Shown: one piece after another, positions 43,301 to 54,750 of the stretch | How the letters are laid out: the number at the start of each line of letters is the position of its first letter | How positions within the stretch are numbered: position 1 is the stretch's first letter | Assembly: GCA_963750165.1 (NCBI GenBank) | Contig: CAVVPN010000011.1 | Span: 512,001-576,000 of the forward strand | Direction: 5' to 3' | DNA: 64,000 nucleotides | DNA from: an uncultured Gemmataceae bacterium | GTDB lineage: Bacteria; Planctomycetota; Planctomycetia; Gemmatales; Gemmataceae | The notes under the pieces: generated by a model | Databases searched by the model: none | What the model was told of the DNA's origin: nothing | The model's input: only the letters and a program-made list of their open reading frames with translations | Program-made: the position numbers and the translations under genes

Positions 43301-46300
43301 GGCCGGCTCCAGCCGCTCATACGGCGTGTCCAGCGACAGCCCGAGGTGCTGGGCGAGGGCGGCGGCGAAGCGCAGGAAGGTGGTGTCCTCACTCAACGAC
43401 GGCCAGGCGGCAATGGCCCCGTCGCGCAGCGAGCGTTGCGGGTCGCGCAGCAGCGCCGCGGGGTTGGCGCCCTTCTGCACGCCAAGGCCCTCACAGGTCG
43501 GGCACCAACCGAGGGCGTTGTTGAACGAGAAATGGTGCGGGCTCAGCGGCTCGAAGCTGCGGCCGCAACGGTCGCAGGCGAAATGCTGGCTGAAGCGCTC
43601 AACCTTCCACTGTGACTCCTCGCGGTTGTTGTCCACGTGGGCGACGTGCATCACGCCCTTGCCGAGGTCCAGCGCCGCCTCGACCGCATCGGCGAGCCGG
43701 CTGCGCTGGCTGTGGCGGACGATGATGCGGTCCACGACGACCTCGACCTGGTGCTTGCGGCGGTGGTCGATGGCCGGCGGCTCCTCGACGTTGTACGACT
43801 TGCCGTCCACGCGCATGCGCAGGAAACCGGTGCGACGGATCTCGTCCCACAGCGCCTCATACGAGCCCTGGCCCTTACGCTCGACCGGTGCCAGCAGGTA
43901 GAGCCGTGTGCCTTCCGGCAGTGACATGATCTTGTCAATGATCTCGTCGGCGGTCTGGGTGCCGATGGGCGTCTGGCAGGCGGGGCAGTGTGGCTGGCCG
44001 AGCCGCGCAAACAGAATGCGCAGGTAGTCGTAGATTTCAGTGACGGTGCCGACGGTCGAACGTGGGCTCTTGCTGGTGGTCTTCTGTTCGATGCTGATGG
44101 CCGGTGACAGGCCGCTGACGTGTTCGACGCGCGGCTTTTGCAGCTGGCCCAAAAACTGGCGAGCGTAGCTGGACAGCGACTCGACGTAGCGGCGCTGGCC
44201 TTCCGCGTAAATGGTGTCCATCGCCAGCGACGACTTGCCGGAACCGCTGGGACCGCAGCAAACGCTCATCTGCTCGCGCGGCAGCGTGACGTTGACGTTC
44301 TTAAGGTTATGTTGCTGCGCCCCCTGAACGGTCAGATGGGTGATGATTTCCCCGCCTTCCTTCCCATTCCGCCGAGCTTTTCCCTTCGTTGCAACTTGCT
44401 TCGCGTTTCGCGGCGCCAGCGGCCCGGTCAGCAGTGCTTGCCCCGTGTGGGAACGCTCACACTTCGCCACGTCTTCGGGTGTGCCGACACAGACGACCTC
44501 TCCGCCACCGCTGCCGCCCTCTGGCCCGAGGTCGATGACCCAATCGGCGGTTTTGATCACGTCCAGGTTGTGCTCGATGACCACGACTGTATTGCCGCCC
44601 GCGACGAAGCTGTGCAGCACCTGCAACAGCTTGTGAATGTCCTCGAAATGCAGCCCGGTCGTCGGTTCGTCGAGGATGTACAGCGTGCGCCCGGTGCTGC
44701 GCCGGCACAGTTCGCGGGCCAGCTTGATGCGCTGCGCCTCGCCGCCGGACAGGGTAGGGGAGGGCTGCCCGAGTTTGAGGTAATCCAGGCCCACGTCGTG
44801 CAGCGTTTGCAGCATGGCCCGGACCCGTGGCACGTTCGTGAAATGCTCCAGCGCCTCCTGCACGTCCATCTCCAGCACGTCATGAATGTTCTTGTCCTTG
44901 AAGCGGATTTGCAGTGTCTCGCGGTTGAAGCGGCGGCCCTCGCATACCGGACACGTCACCCACACATCCGCGAGAAAGTCCATCTCCAGCCGGTTGGAGC
45001 CGTTGCCCTCGCACGCCTCGCAGCGGCCACCGGGACGGTTGAAACTGAAGCGCCCCGGTTTGTAACCGCGGATTTTGGCCTCCGCCATCAGCGCGTACAG
45101 CGACCGGATCTCGTCGAAGACCTTGATGTAGGTGGCCGGGTTGGAACGCGGTGTGCGGCCAATGGGGGACTGGTCGATGTCAATCACCTTGTCGATGTGC
45201 TCAGCCCCGACAATGCGATCGTGTGCCCCGACCTGTCGGCCGCGGCTCGACCCGACTTCTTCCTCATCTTCGTCAGCGCCGGCGCTGACGCCGAAGCCCT
45301 GAAGCAAGCCTTCCTTCAAGATGTCATTGATGAGCGACGACTTGCCCGAGCCGCTGACTCCCGTCACGCACACGAACTGACCCAAGGGAATATCGACCGT
45401 GACGTTTTTCAGGTTGTTGTGCCGCGCCCCGACGATTTGCAATTTGCGCTCGGTCTGCGGCCGGCGCTGCTCCGGAATGGCGATCTGCTTGCGGCCGCTC
45501 AGGTACTGGGCCGTCAGGCTCGTCTTGTGGCCGAGCACGTCCGCGTAGGAGCCCGCGGCCACCACCTCGCCGCCGCGCACCCCCGGACCGGGGCCGAAGT
45601 CCACGAGGTAGTCCGCGGCGCGCATCGTGTCCTCGTCGTGCTCCACGACGACCACGGTGTTGCCCATGTCGCGCAGCCGCTCCAGGCTGCGTAGCAGCCG
45701 CTCATTGTCACGCGGGTGCAGACCAATGCTCGGCTCGTCGAGGATGTAGAGCACGCCCACCAGGCCACAGCCGATCTGGCCCGCCAGGCGGATGCGCTGG
45801 GCCTCACCGCCGCTCAGTGTCGGGGCGGTGCGGTCGAGCGTCAAATAATGTAGGCCGACGTTGAGCAGGAAGCCGAGACGGCCGCGAATCTCCTTCAGCA
45901 CCTCCCCGGCGATGACGCCCTGCGTCGGCGTCAGCGTTTGCTTCAAGGTGCCGCGCTCCGGATCGAACCACAGGGCCAGGTCGCCGATGGGCATGGCCTC
46001 CAGTTCGATCAGCGTTTTGCCAGCGACGCGGCAGGCGCGGGCCTGCGGGTTGAGGCGCTGGCCCTGGCAGCTCGGGCAGCGCAGCACACGCATGTACTTT
46101 TCCAGCTGCATCCGCCGTGGCCCGGCAGCGGTCTTCTTGAAACTGCTGAGCAGCTGCGGGATGACGCCCTCCCACTTGCCGCCGTGCTTCCAGACGAAGC
46201 CGCCGCGTTTCTTCCACTCGAACGTGATGTGCCGGTCGCCGGTGCCGTGCAGCAGGGCGTCCTGGTGCTCCCGCGGCAGTTGCGCCCACGGCTTTTTCAG

Positions 46301-47341
46301 GTCGATGCCGAGCGTGGCGGCGACGCCCTCGAAAATGTGCCGTCGCCACCGGCCCATGCCGCGCAACGGGCCGACCAGCGGAATCGCGCCGTCAAAGAAG
46401 CTCACGTACGGATCGGGGATGAGCAGGTCCGGGGCGAAGGTGTACTGTGCGCCGAGGCCGTCGCAATCGGGGCACATGCCGTGCGGGCTGTTGAAGCTGA
46501 ACAGCTGCGGGCTCGGCGGCTCATAACTGCGGTCGCAGTGCGTGCAGGCGTAGTGCGCCGACAGCAGCAAGTCCTCTGTTGCCGGTTCCTCCGCTTCCTG
46601 CTTGGCCGCGGGCTCTGCCGCGCGCTCGACGGCGATGATGATGGCGCCTTCCGCAAGGTTGAGCGCCTGATCGACCGCCTCGGCCAGCCGCGGCCGCACC
46701 TTGCTGTCGCTCTTCAATCGGTCGATAACCACTTCGATGTGATGCTTGATGCGCTTGTCGAGTTTCAGGTCGTCGGTCAGGCGCACGACCTGGCCGTCCA
46801 CGCGCGCCCGCATGAAGCCGCGGCGCAGCAGGTCTTCAAACAGGTCTTTGTACTCGCCTTTCTGGCCGCGGATGACCGGCGCCAGCACCAGAAAGCGCGA
46901 GCCCTCGGGCAGCGCCAGGATGCGCGCGATGATCTGCTCGCGCGACTGGGCGGTGATGGGCCGGCCGCACTGCGGGCAGTGGCCCTGGCCGATGCGCGCG
47001 AACAGCACGCGCAGGTAATCGTGAATCTCGGTGATGGTGCCGACCGTCGAGCGTGGGTTGCGGCCGGCCGTCTTCTGCTGGATGCTGATGGCCGGCGACA
47101 GGCCCGCGAGGTAATCGACATCGGGTTTTTGCAGCTGGCCTAAAAATTGGCGGGCGTAGCTGGACAGCGACTCGACGTAACGGCGCTGGCCCTCCGCGTA
47201 GAGCGTGTCGAAAGCCAGCGATGATTTACCGGAGCCGCTAACGCCGGTGAAGACGACGAGCCGGTTGCGCGGCAGGTCGAGATCGACGTTGCGGAGGTTG
47301 TGTTCGCGGGCGCCGCGGATGACGATCGTTTGGTTATCCAT
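40373..47341 (-). CDS. uvrA: Tandem-fused (double) excinuclease ABC subunit A with C-terminal extension
   Basis: Two complete UvrA modules: 4 Walker A GxSGSGKS, 4 LSGGE signatures, Zn fingers; about 2320 aa. Confidence 0.95.
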   Translation of the reverse strand: MDNQTIVIRGAREHNLRNVDLDLPRNRLVVFTGVSGSGKSSLAFDTLYAEGQRRYVESLSSYARQFLGQLQKPDVDYLAGLSPAISIQQKTAGRNPRSTVGTITEIHDYLRVLFARIGQGHCPQCGRPITAQSREQIIARILALPEGSRFLVLAPVIRGQKGEYKDLFEDLLRRGFMRARVDGQVVRLTDDLKLDKRIKHHIEVVIDRLKSDSKVRPRLAEAVDQALNLAEGAIIIAVERAAEPAAKQEAEEPATEDLLLSAHYACTHCDRSYEPPSPQLFSFNSPHGMCPDCDGLGAQYTFAPDLLIPDPYVSFFDGAIPLVGPLRGMGRWRRHIFEGVAATLGIDLKKPWAQLPREHQDALLHGTGDRHITFEWKKRGGFVWKHGGKWEGVIPQLLSSFKKTAAGPRRMQLEKYMRVLRCPSCQGQRLNPQARACRVAGKTLIELEAMPIGDLALWFDPERGTLKQTLTPTQGVIAGEVLKEIRGRLGFLLNVGLHYLTLDRTAPTLSGGEAQRIRLAGQIGCGLVGVLYILDEPSIGLHPRDNERLLRSLERLRDMGNTVVVVEHDEDTMRAADYLVDFGPGPGVRGGEVVAAGSYADVLGHKTSLTAQYLSGRKQIAIPEQRRPQTERKLQIVGARHNNLKNVTVDIPLGQFVCVTGVSGSGKSSLINDILKEGLLQGFGVSAGADEDEEEVGSSRGRQVGAHDRIVGAEHIDKVIDIDQSPIGRTPRSNPATYIKVFDEIRSLYALMAEAKIRGYKPGRFSFNRPGGRCEACEGNGSNRLEMDFLADVWVTCPVCEGRRFNRETLQIRFKDKNIHDVLEMDVQEALEHFTNVPRVRAMLQTLHDVGLDYLKLGQPSPTLSGGEAQRIKLARELCRRSTGRTLYILDEPTTGLHFEDIHKLLQVLHSFVAGGNTVVVIEHNLDVIKTADWVIDLGPEGGSGGGEVVCVGTPEDVAKCERSHTGQALLTGPLAPRNAKQVATKGKARRNGKEGGEIITHLTVQGAQQHNLKNVNVTLPREQMSVCCGPSGSGKSSLAMDTIYAEGQRRYVESLSSYARQFLGQLQKPRVEHVSGLSPAISIEQKTTSKSPRSTVGTVTEIYDYLRILFARLGQPHCPACQTPIGTQTADEIIDKIMSLPEGTRLYLLAPVERKGQGSYEALWDEIRRTGFLRMRVDGKSYNVEEPPAIDHRRKHQVEVVVDRIIVRHSQRSRLADAVEAALDLGKGVMHVAHVDNNREESQWKVERFSQHFACDRCGRSFEPLSPHHFSFNNALGWCPTCEGLGVQKGANPAALLRDPQRSLRDGAIAAWPSLSEDTTFLRFAAALAQHLGLSLDTPYERLEPAQQRAILHGTGEAWIALDPAAASQGRPTVKFQYKGLLPAVDEASRVSFVYRSQLDQVVSEVPCSACQGSRLRDDAAACRFQGQTLGQLCDLPLGQTLQLFKALKLSKEQRQVAGELLREITNRTQFLVDVGLDYLTLSRPTPTLSGGESQRIRLASQIGSGLTGVLYVLDEPTIGLHPRDNRRLLKALTHLRDLGNTLLLVEHDREVIAAADYLLDFGPGAGDQGGEITAAGTPKQVQRARASLTGQYLSGKKAIPVPTNRRILATEDTERKTKGDKTNSSSSSVPSVSSVANSLIVKGARQNNLKDIDVAFPLGSFIAVTGVSGSGKSSLVHEILYSSLARKLHRARTLVGAHDAILGLEKIDKVINVDQDPIGNSPSSNPATYTGVFDLIRQLFAQLPESKVRGYQAKRFSFNAPGGRCEACEGNGQKKIEMHFLPDVWVECDICQGQRYNPETLLVRYKGKTIADVLTMRVREALELFGNIPKIRRVLQTLADVGLDYLALGQAAPTLSGGEAQRVKLAAELARPNTGRTVYLLDEPTTGLHFDDIRKLLDVLNRLVDLGNTVIVVEHNLDVIKTADWLIDLGPEAGAAGGRIVAEGTPETVAQVAASHTGVILAEILQAGPHQERVKFDPHRAAAERQDDVPLEAVGKDAKMPWETDGRRWHTELRVTSDGKPARWEGQLIDWIDQQVHALGTFSATNWNHRTVIEIAAAQKTQGWFLHAMTGREWLVRLVFRVGKNGFKQDELNSSLGIPPLNDTPGLEVYGSEPRVQVANRRGPWQEVAVLVHRLSEIDTPAFKQFLKEAVQKFNDNLKRLRTKPEDVMPWKVNGERWHLGDKGFPPGRKVYWDRGVLASLLQVLREVEPGLTVRWETRDSITIKVPGVGRSWAQWRTKDPHSLDCRFLGKRGQFNLSAVDKLGVGPEIKPHSQGDLLRLRFQHQEQVQGVKLKQLLAEHLRGFREVFGGEVEEPLSDAS
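42426..42514. repeat. CACAGAG-type palindromic element inside uvrA
   Basis: Perfect 21-bp arms TTAGCCACAGAGGACACAGAG around an AT-rich spacer; reading frame intact. Confidence 0.88.
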
Positions 47342-47349
47342 AACGCTGT

Positions 47350-47916
47350 TCAATCCTCAAAGAAGGCCCGCACGGGGCAGCGGAATCCGGCCAACACTTC
47401 GTCGTCTGTCAGTTCCTGGTCCTCGGTCAGCAGGAAGCATTCATTGATTTTGCAGAAGACGTAGACGGTGCGCGTCTCCGGGAAGACAAGCCACCACTGG
47501 CGCGTGCCCGCGCGGAAAAAGTCCAGCCGCTTCACTTCCAGGGCCAACGCCTCGTCGCTGGGGGATACCACCTCAATGGCCAGGTCCGGGGCGATCCGGC
47601 AGTGGCCCGGCGGATTGCCACCTTTCGGCAGCCGCGCCCGGGCGATGAAGCTCACGTCCGCGTAACGGACCTTGTTGGCCTCGGGGAAAATCTGAAAGCC
47701 CAGATCGGGGGTAAACACTCTCCCCAATTTATTAGTGTGCGCGTGGAGTCCGATGACCCTGAGAATATTGGCGGCCACCTCGCAGGAATCCATGCCCATG
47801 TTGCGCTCCACCAAGTGGCCATCGATCAATTCCCAGCGATGTCCACCATCCTCCAGCAGTTCTTCCGGCGTGTGCGTTGTCGCGCCGGTTCCCTCTGTGG
47901 TTTGCTCCTCCAGCAT
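47350..47916 (-). CDS. Uma2 family putative endonuclease
   Basis: WELIDG, RYADVSF, PDLAIEVVSP, AGTRQWWLV. Confidence 0.88.
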   Translation of the reverse strand: MLEEQTTEGTGATTHTPEELLEDGGHRWELIDGHLVERNMGMDSCEVAANILRVIGLHAHTNKLGRVFTPDLGFQIFPEANKVRYADVSFIARARLPKGGNPPGHCRIAPDLAIEVVSPSDEALALEVKRLDFFRAGTRQWWLVFPETRTVYVFCKINECFLLTEDQELTDDEVLAGFRCPVRAFFED

Positions 47917-47935
47917 GGTCGCCCTCCTTTCGGCT

Positions 47936-48613
47936 TCAAATCCCAATCAGCCCGCGCACCGTCGGCACCGACACCTGCTCCAGCGTCGGCACCACCAGGT
48001 CCGCCCCCGCGGCGCGAAGCCGATCCTCCGCGTGATGGCCGACGAACGTCACCGCGATGCAGCGCATGCCCGCCGCCTTCGCCGCCTCCACGCCGGCCAC
48101 CGCGTCCTCCAGCACCAGCGACCGCGCCGGCGGTACGCCCAACTTCTGCGCCGCCACCAGGAACACTTCCGGGTCCGGCTTGCCACGCTGGGTGTCTTCC
48201 ATTGCTACAATGGCTTCCAGGTAGGGCGTGATGCCGGTTAGTTGTAGAATCAGGTCGAGGTTGCCGCGCGGAGCGCTGGAGCCAATCGCCTGCCGGAAGC
48301 CGGCCGCGTGCAGCGCCTCAAGCAGCGGCCGCACCCCCGGCAACAGCTCCACCCCTTGCTGGGCCGCCGCGCGGTAGAAATGCTCCTTGCGCTCGCCCAG
48401 GTCCGCTACCTCCGATTCGGTCAGGTGTTCGCCGAACAGGTAGCGCAGGATTTCCGGATTGCGACGGCCGAAGGTGGCGGCGAAGTCGGCGCGGGTGAAG
48501 GGGCGGTCCAGTTCCTGGGCCAGGCGGACCCAGGCGGCGAAGTGCAGGTCGGCCGTGTCCACCAGGGTGCCGTCCATGTCCCACACGACCGCTCCAGGAG
48601 GCGTCAGTGCCAT
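47936..48613 (-). CDS. HAD-family phosphatase (beta-phosphoglucomutase-like)
   Basis: DMDGTLVD, GKPDPEVF, EDAVAG. Confidence 0.9.
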   Translation of the reverse strand: MALTPPGAVVWDMDGTLVDTADLHFAAWVRLAQELDRPFTRADFAATFGRRNPEILRYLFGEHLTESEVADLGERKEHFYRAAAQQGVELLPGVRPLLEALHAAGFRQAIGSSAPRGNLDLILQLTGITPYLEAIVAMEDTQRGKPDPEVFLVAAQKLGVPPARSLVLEDAVAGVEAAKAAGMRCIAVTFVGHHAEDRLRAAGADLVVPTLEQVSVPTVRGLIGI

Positions 48614-48982
48614 CGGTGTCCTTTCGCGTTGACGGGAAGTGCGCCCGGCATTCCGGGATTCTTCCCTTTCTCTACGGTTGTCATGTATGTTTGGACAGCT
48701 AGGTTTATTATACCGCGGCGAGCCAGATACACGAGGCCAGCCGCGACGACGGTTCCGATCAACCCCAATACAACGCTCCATCTTCCGAGATTGCGCATCG
48801 GGTCAGAGTGCCGCCGAATTCCGCACGGCGGTTCTCCGGCGCGAAAACCAGGAAGGTTTTGACAACGCACTCCGGGTTTGGCATCATAAACAGCAGTATC
48901 GGTGAAGGTTACGAAAACGCCCGTCGGCAGCCGTTTTGGGAACTATTGCCGAGACCCCTACGTCAAAGAGTGTAAGAACGCC

Positions 48983-49564
48983 GTGAGCGCCGACGACCAC
49001 CGGTTGATAGCGGACTGCTTGCGAGGCCAAACAGAGGCTTTCGGCGAGTTGGTCCGCACCTACCAGGACCGTCTGTACAACACGGTGTATCGGCTGCTGG
49101 ACAATGCGGAAGATGCCCAGGACGTGGTGCAGGACGCCTTCCTGAATGCGTACCAGTCCCTGGACAACTTCAAGGGAGACTCGCTGTTCTTCACCTGGCT
49201 GTACCGCATTGCCATCAACACCGCCATCAGTTTCAAGCGCAAGCAGCGGGCGGTGGTCAGCATGAACGCGGCGGGCGAACACGGGCCGGCCCTGGACCCG
49301 ATGGACCCGTCCGAGTTCAGCCAGCCGGGACACGCTCTGGAACAGCGTGAAGAGGAGCGCCGGATTCAGGCTGCCTTGAACCGACTCTCCCCCGAGCACC
49401 GGATGGTGCTCATCATGAAGGACATGGAAGGCCAGAAGTACGAGACCATGGCCGAGGTGCTGGGCGTGCCAATTGGCACCATCCGCAGTCGGCTTCATCG
49501 CGCCCGCATGGAACTCCGTGAGATATTGCAACAGGACGAAGAGGCCCAGCCCCGCGGGCCGTGA
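48983..49564 (+). CDS. ECF sigma-70 factor
   Basis: AQDVVQDAF, FFTWLYRIAIN, PIGTIRSRLHRAR. Confidence 0.92.
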   Translation: MSADDHRLIADCLRGQTEAFGELVRTYQDRLYNTVYRLLDNAEDAQDVVQDAFLNAYQSLDNFKGDSLFFTWLYRIAINTAISFKRKQRAVVSMNAAGEHGPALDPMDPSEFSQPGHALEQREEERRIQAALNRLSPEHRMVLIMKDMEGQKYETMAEVLGVPIGTIRSRLHRARMELREILQQDEEAQPRGP

Positions 49565-49671
49565 CCCCTCGGGACTGTGGAAGCGTTGTCGCATTTTGAA
49601 GGGCAGCTGGATCCGTCCCATCCGGGCATCCGCGGTGGACGCCCGGCGGAACCGCGATCCCTGAGACCGCC

Positions 49672-50838
49672 ATGCTTTCGGAACGCCAGTGCGAACTGAT
49701 CTCGGCTTTCCTGGACGGTGAGGTGACTCCCCGCCAGCGCCAGGTCGTTCTCCGGCTGCTGCGCCAGTCGAGCGAGGCTCGCGCTCTGCTGCAGCGGCTC
49801 CAGGAGAACGCCTTCTCGCTTCACCAACTGTCCCCCCGTAAACTGCCGGATGACTTCGCGCAAAAAGTGCTCGGCGTCATCCAGGCGCGCGGCCTGCAAC
49901 CCGCGCAGCCGGCCACGCTGCCATTCCGCCCGAAGTCCATCCCGGCCTGGCTGGGCACCGCCGCGGCTGCCGCCGTGCTCCTGCTGGTGGCCGCCGGTTC
50001 CTACATCTTCTTCACCGAACTGACCGGCAGCCCCAACCCGCCGGATGACGGCTTCGTCCAACAGCCGGCGGACGAACGGCCCCAGCCCGCGCCGCCCGAG
50101 AAACTGCCGGAGCCCAAACCGGAACCGCCGCCGCTGGCCACGAAATTGGCCCTGGGGGCGCTGGCCCAGTTCGCCGAGCCGATTGAAATCAAGCTCACCT
50201 GGGAGCACGTCGGCAAACCGGAGGCGAAGACCCGGGTGGTGCAGGAGTTGAAGCAGGACACGTCCTATCATGTCAAGGTGTCCGTGCCGCACCACGGCCG
50301 GGCGCTGGCATCGCTGAAGACGGCCATGGAGCGGCGCGGCATCAAGGTCTTCACGGACCCCGCCGCCGACAAAATCATCAAGAATCGGCAGCCGCACCCG
50401 AAAACCACCTTCGTGCTCTACACGGAAAACCTGGAACCGGAAGAGGTGGCTGGCCTGCTCGAGCATCTCGGCAAGGACAAGAACATCGCGCCGGTCACTG
50501 CGAAGAATCGTGGCGGCTTGCTGCTCGCGCCGATGGACACCGACCAGCGCAAGGAGATGTCCAGGCTCCTCGGCTTGAAGGGCAAACAGCAGCTGGAAAA
50601 ACCGGTCCAGGGGCGATTGCTGGATTTGCCGATGGCGGTGCTCAACGATCAGAAGCTCGTGAAGACGAACTCCAAAACCGCGCAGCCCGCCCGGGAGCGC
50701 TTTGCCGTGGTGCTGGCGGTCACTCCGGGGGCCGCGTTCAATCCCGCCGCCAACCCCGCCATCCGGGATTTCTTGAACCGCCGCAAGCACGCGGCGCCGG
50801 GCAACTTGCAGGTGATGGTCGTGCTCGACGCGGTGTGA
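49672..50838 (+). CDS. Putative membrane-anchored anti-sigma factor
   Basis: ELISAFLDGEV anti-sigma-like N-terminus (no ZAS Cys/His motif), one TM helix, Pro-rich linker; directly after the ECF gene. Confidence 0.7.
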   Translation: MLSERQCELISAFLDGEVTPRQRQVVLRLLRQSSEARALLQRLQENAFSLHQLSPRKLPDDFAQKVLGVIQARGLQPAQPATLPFRPKSIPAWLGTAAAAAVLLLVAAGSYIFFTELTGSPNPPDDGFVQQPADERPQPAPPEKLPEPKPEPPPLATKLALGALAQFAEPIEIKLTWEHVGKPEAKTRVVQELKQDTSYHVKVSVPHHGRALASLKTAMERRGIKVFTDPAADKIIKNRQPHPKTTFVLYTENLEPEEVAGLLEHLGKDKNIAPVTAKNRGGLLLAPMDTDQRKEMSRLLGLKGKQQLEKPVQGRLLDLPMAVLNDQKLVKTNSKTAQPARERFAVVLAVTPGAAFNPAANPAIRDFLNRRKHAAPGNLQVMVVLDAV

Positions 50839-50856
50839 CGAGATCGGGGTGGAAGC

Positions 50857-50904
50857 GAAAAAACCCCGCGCCGGCCTCTTCGGCTGGCGCGGGGTTGCGG
50901 TTTT
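50857..50904. terminator. Bidirectional intrinsic terminator
   Basis: AAAAAACCCCGCGCCGGC-loop-GCTGGCGCGGGGTT between convergent genes. Confidence 0.7.
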
Positions 50905-50911
50905 CACCGAC

Positions 50912-53442
50912 TCACCGGAACAGGCGATCAATTTCCCCATCGCTCAGGGTTTCGCAGCCCTCACCCGGGTCGATGACCAGGGCCTTGCCCGAGGGCGTCA
51001 CCCAGAGGACGCGGTTGCCCAGCTGGAACACCTCGGCCAGTTCCGGGTGCCGCTCCAGCATGCGGAAGTACGCCGCGCTCAGCGCCTTGACGGTGACGCG
51101 CTTCATTTCGGTCTTGAAGCCCTCGTCGGTCCAGACGCCGTTGACCTCACGACAGGAGCGGCCCGCCACCTGGCGCACCGTGGCGGCGGTCACCTGGCTC
51201 TGGGTGCGCAGCTCGTTCAGCTGGACCGACTGATCGACGCCGGCGCGGCCAGCCTGGGCGTAACCCTGGAAACCAAGGCCGCCGACCCCCGCCGGAATTC
51301 CTGTGGTCGGGGTTCCAAAGTCCACAGCGGCAATGCCTCCGGTGGCCAGCGGCTTATTCGGAACCGCCCACGTCATTTGCGGAGCGACCTGCACCGGGGC
51401 GAACTGAATTCTCCCTCCCGGCAGGGCAGGGGGGGCGGAGGACGGCAAGGAGCCGGTGCTGTTGATGTTGAAGCCCGGCGCGATCATGGAGGAACCGTTC
51501 GTCGTGTTACTCAGGTCGATCGTACCCTGTCCGTGAATGTTGTAGTTCTGATAAGTGCCGCCCGAGGGGGCCGCAGCGGTCGGTCCCGAAATGAACCGCA
51601 GCGTGTTGGTCTTGGTTGGCGGGGCGGCAGGCAGTGGCCGGTTCAGCGCCACACCCGGCGCAGCATCCGGCAGCACCAGGTAGCTGGTGTACGGTGTCGT
51701 AATGCCGTGCTTCTTCGCCAGCGCCACCACCTCGTCCTTCAACTCTGTCGTCTCGCCGTTGACGCGAATCTGGTCGAGCAGATAGCCGACCTTGCGCCGC
51801 GCCCACAAATCCTCCACGAACGCCTTGTCCTTGCCGGTCTGGCCAGGAAAGCGAGTTTCGTAGACGAATTCCTTGCTGTCGCCGTCCACGGTGCCGCTCA
51901 GGGTGATGGTCGCCGAACCCGTGCCTTTGAAGCGGCCGAGCACCACCAGCTGGCTGCCGTGGAACAGGTCCGGCAGCTGCGGCGGATAGATTTCGGAGAC
52001 CGAAGCCTGCCACATTTTTTTGACGTATGGCGAACTGCCGCCCTTGGGCGGCCCCCACGGCTGGCCCTTGACCGTCAGCTTCAGGTTCGTCAGCACCGGG
52101 TTGCTGATCTTGCTGTACAATCCGCTGACCTTGGCCTCGATGTCCTCGTGCTCGCGGACATAGGTGGACACGGAGCGCGTCTTCTCGGCCAGCTGGTCGA
52201 GGAGCACGGCGTTCACGTCGTCGCCGACGCCGAAGGTGAAGATGCGCGTGCTGGTGGTATTGCGGCCCATCACGTTCTTGACGATGGCCTCGGTGTTCGA
52301 TTCGCCGACGTTCGCCTGGCCATCGGTGAAGAACACCATTGTGAAGCAGCGGTGCGGATCCTGCGAACGCATGTCGAGCGCGGCGAGCAGGGCGTCGTTG
52401 ATGTTGGTGCCGCCGTTCGCCTGCAACTCCTCGACCCACTGACGGGCGTCGTTGAGGTTCTTCGGCGTGGCGCTGGTGAGGTTGTCGCGGTATTTGGTGA
52501 CGCTCGTGGCGAAGTGGAGGATGCCGAAACGGTCCTTCGGGCCGAGGTTACGCAGGCAGAATTGTAGCGCTTTCTTCGCCTGGTCGATGCGCTGCCCCTG
52601 CATGCTGCCGGAGGTGTCGAGCACAAACACCATGTCGCGCGGCACCTGCTGCGTGTGCGACAGCTCCGCCCGCGGCGAAATCAGCATCATGAAATGGCCA
52701 TCGCTGCCGGACTGCGGCCGGTGCATCAGCGTCGTCAGGCCGACATCCCTGTTGGCGGTCGTGTAGTAGAGCTGCAAATCCTTGTCGAGCCGGGTCTGAC
52801 CGCACTGGAAGTGGACGCGAGCGTGCCGGTCACTGACGCGCTCAACGGTGACCTTGTGCGACGGGCTGTAAATGTTCTGGATGGGGTGTTGCGCCTTGAT
52901 GGTGGCGTCGAACGAGAACTGCGCCAGCGTTTTCGCGGTGTTGGCGTCCGCCTTCAGCGGGTAGACGTACTCGACCAGGCCCGCGTCGCTGCTGGCGATG
53001 GACGTGAAGCTGATGGCCAGCTTCTGGTCGCCGTTGGCCGGCACCGGGAAGACGCGGACGCGCAGCAGGTTGTTGCCGAGGTACTCCAGCAGCCCCGGAT
53101 CCTTCATGCGGCGGACGACATCGGTGTAGACCTGCCGGGCCTGCTCGGCCTGCACCAGTTCGCCGGGCACTTCCTTGCCGTCCACCCACATGACGAACTT
53201 CTTGACGCTGGCGCCCTTGGGCACCGGGAAGACGTAATCGGCTTCGAGTTGCTGGCTGGTGTGGTTGTGGAAGGTCTGCACCACCTTGGTGACGGCAACC
53301 TGGTCCTCGACGGTGACGTTGACCTGATGGCGGACGAGCTGCAACGGCGTGACGCCCGGGTCGGTGGGCATCAGGTGGCCCTGGGCGCGGCGCTGCCGGC
53401 GCCGGCCAACAGGGCCAGCAGGACGGAGAGCATACGTCGCAT
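50912..53442 (-). CDS. Secreted VIT + vWA domain protein; frameshift near 53375
   Basis: VIT domain (LEADYVFPVP), vWA MIDAS DTSGSM, GGTNI, FTDG, ITTPYTSYLV; signal peptide MRRMLSVLLALLAG in the adjacent frame. Confidence 0.88.
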
Positions 53443-53643
53443 GAGCAATCCTTTCCTCGCGGAGACGTGGGGGTCAGGGATGTCGGTACGGGAAGGGGGT
53501 CGTGTCGAAATGCCGGCCGGGGGTGTACCGTGAGGGGTGCGGAAGTGCAAGGGCAAAAGCTCAGTGTCCCAGGGCCGTTCGCTTTTTCCTCCTGCCCGGA
53601 GAAGGAATTCACCCGAGCCGTCCTGGCCGCGGGCGCAGGACGG

Positions 53644-53673
53644 TTCCCCCGGAAGCGGACTGGGCGGTATAAT
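53644..53673 (+). promoter_or_regulatory. Sigma70-like promoter of candidate RNA B
   Basis: TTCCCC (53644-49), 18-bp spacer, TATAAT (53668-73). Confidence 0.6.
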
Positions 53674-53679
53674 AAAGAA

Positions 53680-53759
53680 GGTGGCCAGGGATAGTTTCGT
53701 CTCGTTTCATTTCACAGACCCCCTGCCATCTCTGGGGGCTGCGCCCGCTCCCTACCCGC
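53680..53759 (+). ncRNA. Candidate small structured RNA, copy B
   Basis: Homolog of 40134-40215; faces the 3' end of the DUF4058 gene. Confidence 0.5.
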
Positions 53760-53853
53760 AACCCCAAACCGTGCGCCGTCCGGAGAGTCCCAGCAAACGG
53801 GAAGGAAGCAGCGATCTACCCTGTTACCGCCTACGTATGACGATAGGCCGCTT

Positions 53854-54573
53854 CTAACTGAGGTACGCTGCCGCCGCAGCGCGACCGTAAGTTTGCTCCA
53901 GGTCCACGAACATCGCATCCTGCAGCGACAGTGATAACCGCATCCGCGGCAGCGGCGCGCCCACCGTCAAGGACCGGCGCCAGATGGCCAGGAACCGTCC
54001 GCCGTTGGGGGCGGGCTCTCCAACACGGTAACTGACGGCGCACGGCACCGGACAGGCCGGCTGCTCCACGCGCAGTTCCTCGGCGATCCGATCCGCGAAG
54101 GAAAAACGCAATGGTCGGCGGTGAACGTCCACGAGCAGTAGGTGGACGCCCTTGAGGAGGAAAGCGGCATAGGTGCTCGCATACGCGGCACACGCCGACG
54201 GCCGATCCTTGTTGCGTGGCGACACCAACTCGACAGCGGCGATGAGTCGGCCCTGATTCTCGACGAGCAGCGCCGGCTCGCCGGACAGCGTGCTGACGGC
54301 GATTTCCTGGTCCGGCTCCTCGTCAGGCTCGCCCGGCGCGGCGGTACTCGACTCGGCCTCTGACAATGACGACCCATTTCCCTGGGGCACGGCGCGCACC
54401 CCCACGTCGGGCCGCTCCTCTCCCGGGGCGCCGATCGCAAACGTGGGAGTCATGCCGATGTAGGCGCGATACCCGTCCGGCAAGCGCGGCTTGATCCAGT
54501 AAAGCAATTCCACGATCCATACTTGATGGACGCCCTCCCAACCAGAAAGCGTGGCCCAGTCGTGCAGCGGCAT
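53854..54573 (-). CDS. DUF4058 family protein (PD-(D/E)XK-like)
   Basis: MPLHDW..H..WI, RPDVGV, AVELVSPRNK, GVHLLLVD. Confidence 0.8.
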   Translation of the reverse strand: MPLHDWATLSGWEGVHQVWIVELLYWIKPRLPDGYRAYIGMTPTFAIGAPGEERPDVGVRAVPQGNGSSLSEAESSTAAPGEPDEEPDQEIAVSTLSGEPALLVENQGRLIAAVELVSPRNKDRPSACAAYASTYAAFLLKGVHLLLVDVHRRPLRFSFADRIAEELRVEQPACPVPCAVSYRVGEPAPNGGRFLAIWRRSLTVGAPLPRMRLSLSLQDAMFVDLEQTYGRAAAAAYLS

Positions 54574-54750
54574 GGCTCGTTTCCTTTCCGATGGCAGCTG
54601 AGGATCGGACTCTCACACGTCGAGTGCAACGCCCACTCGTGCCAGTATACCGAACGAGCGCGGGGAGGGGGCGCTTGACACGCCAGCCGCGACGTGTTAC
54701 CCCAGGATGTAACCCCGTGTTGCCACTGCCCCTTTCAGGAGAAGCCACCG

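Noticed and set aside
53660..53730. Shared peptide IKKVARDxFxSFHFTDP in both copies as a small protein
   Set aside because: It overlaps the -10 box, has no properly spaced RBS, and the frames diverge after it. DNA/RNA-level conservation explains it.
40134..53759. The two inverted homologous units as ends of a 13.6-kb transposon or invertible segment
   Set aside because: The copies are clearly diverged, the enclosed genes are housekeeping, and there is no transposase, recombinase or target duplication.
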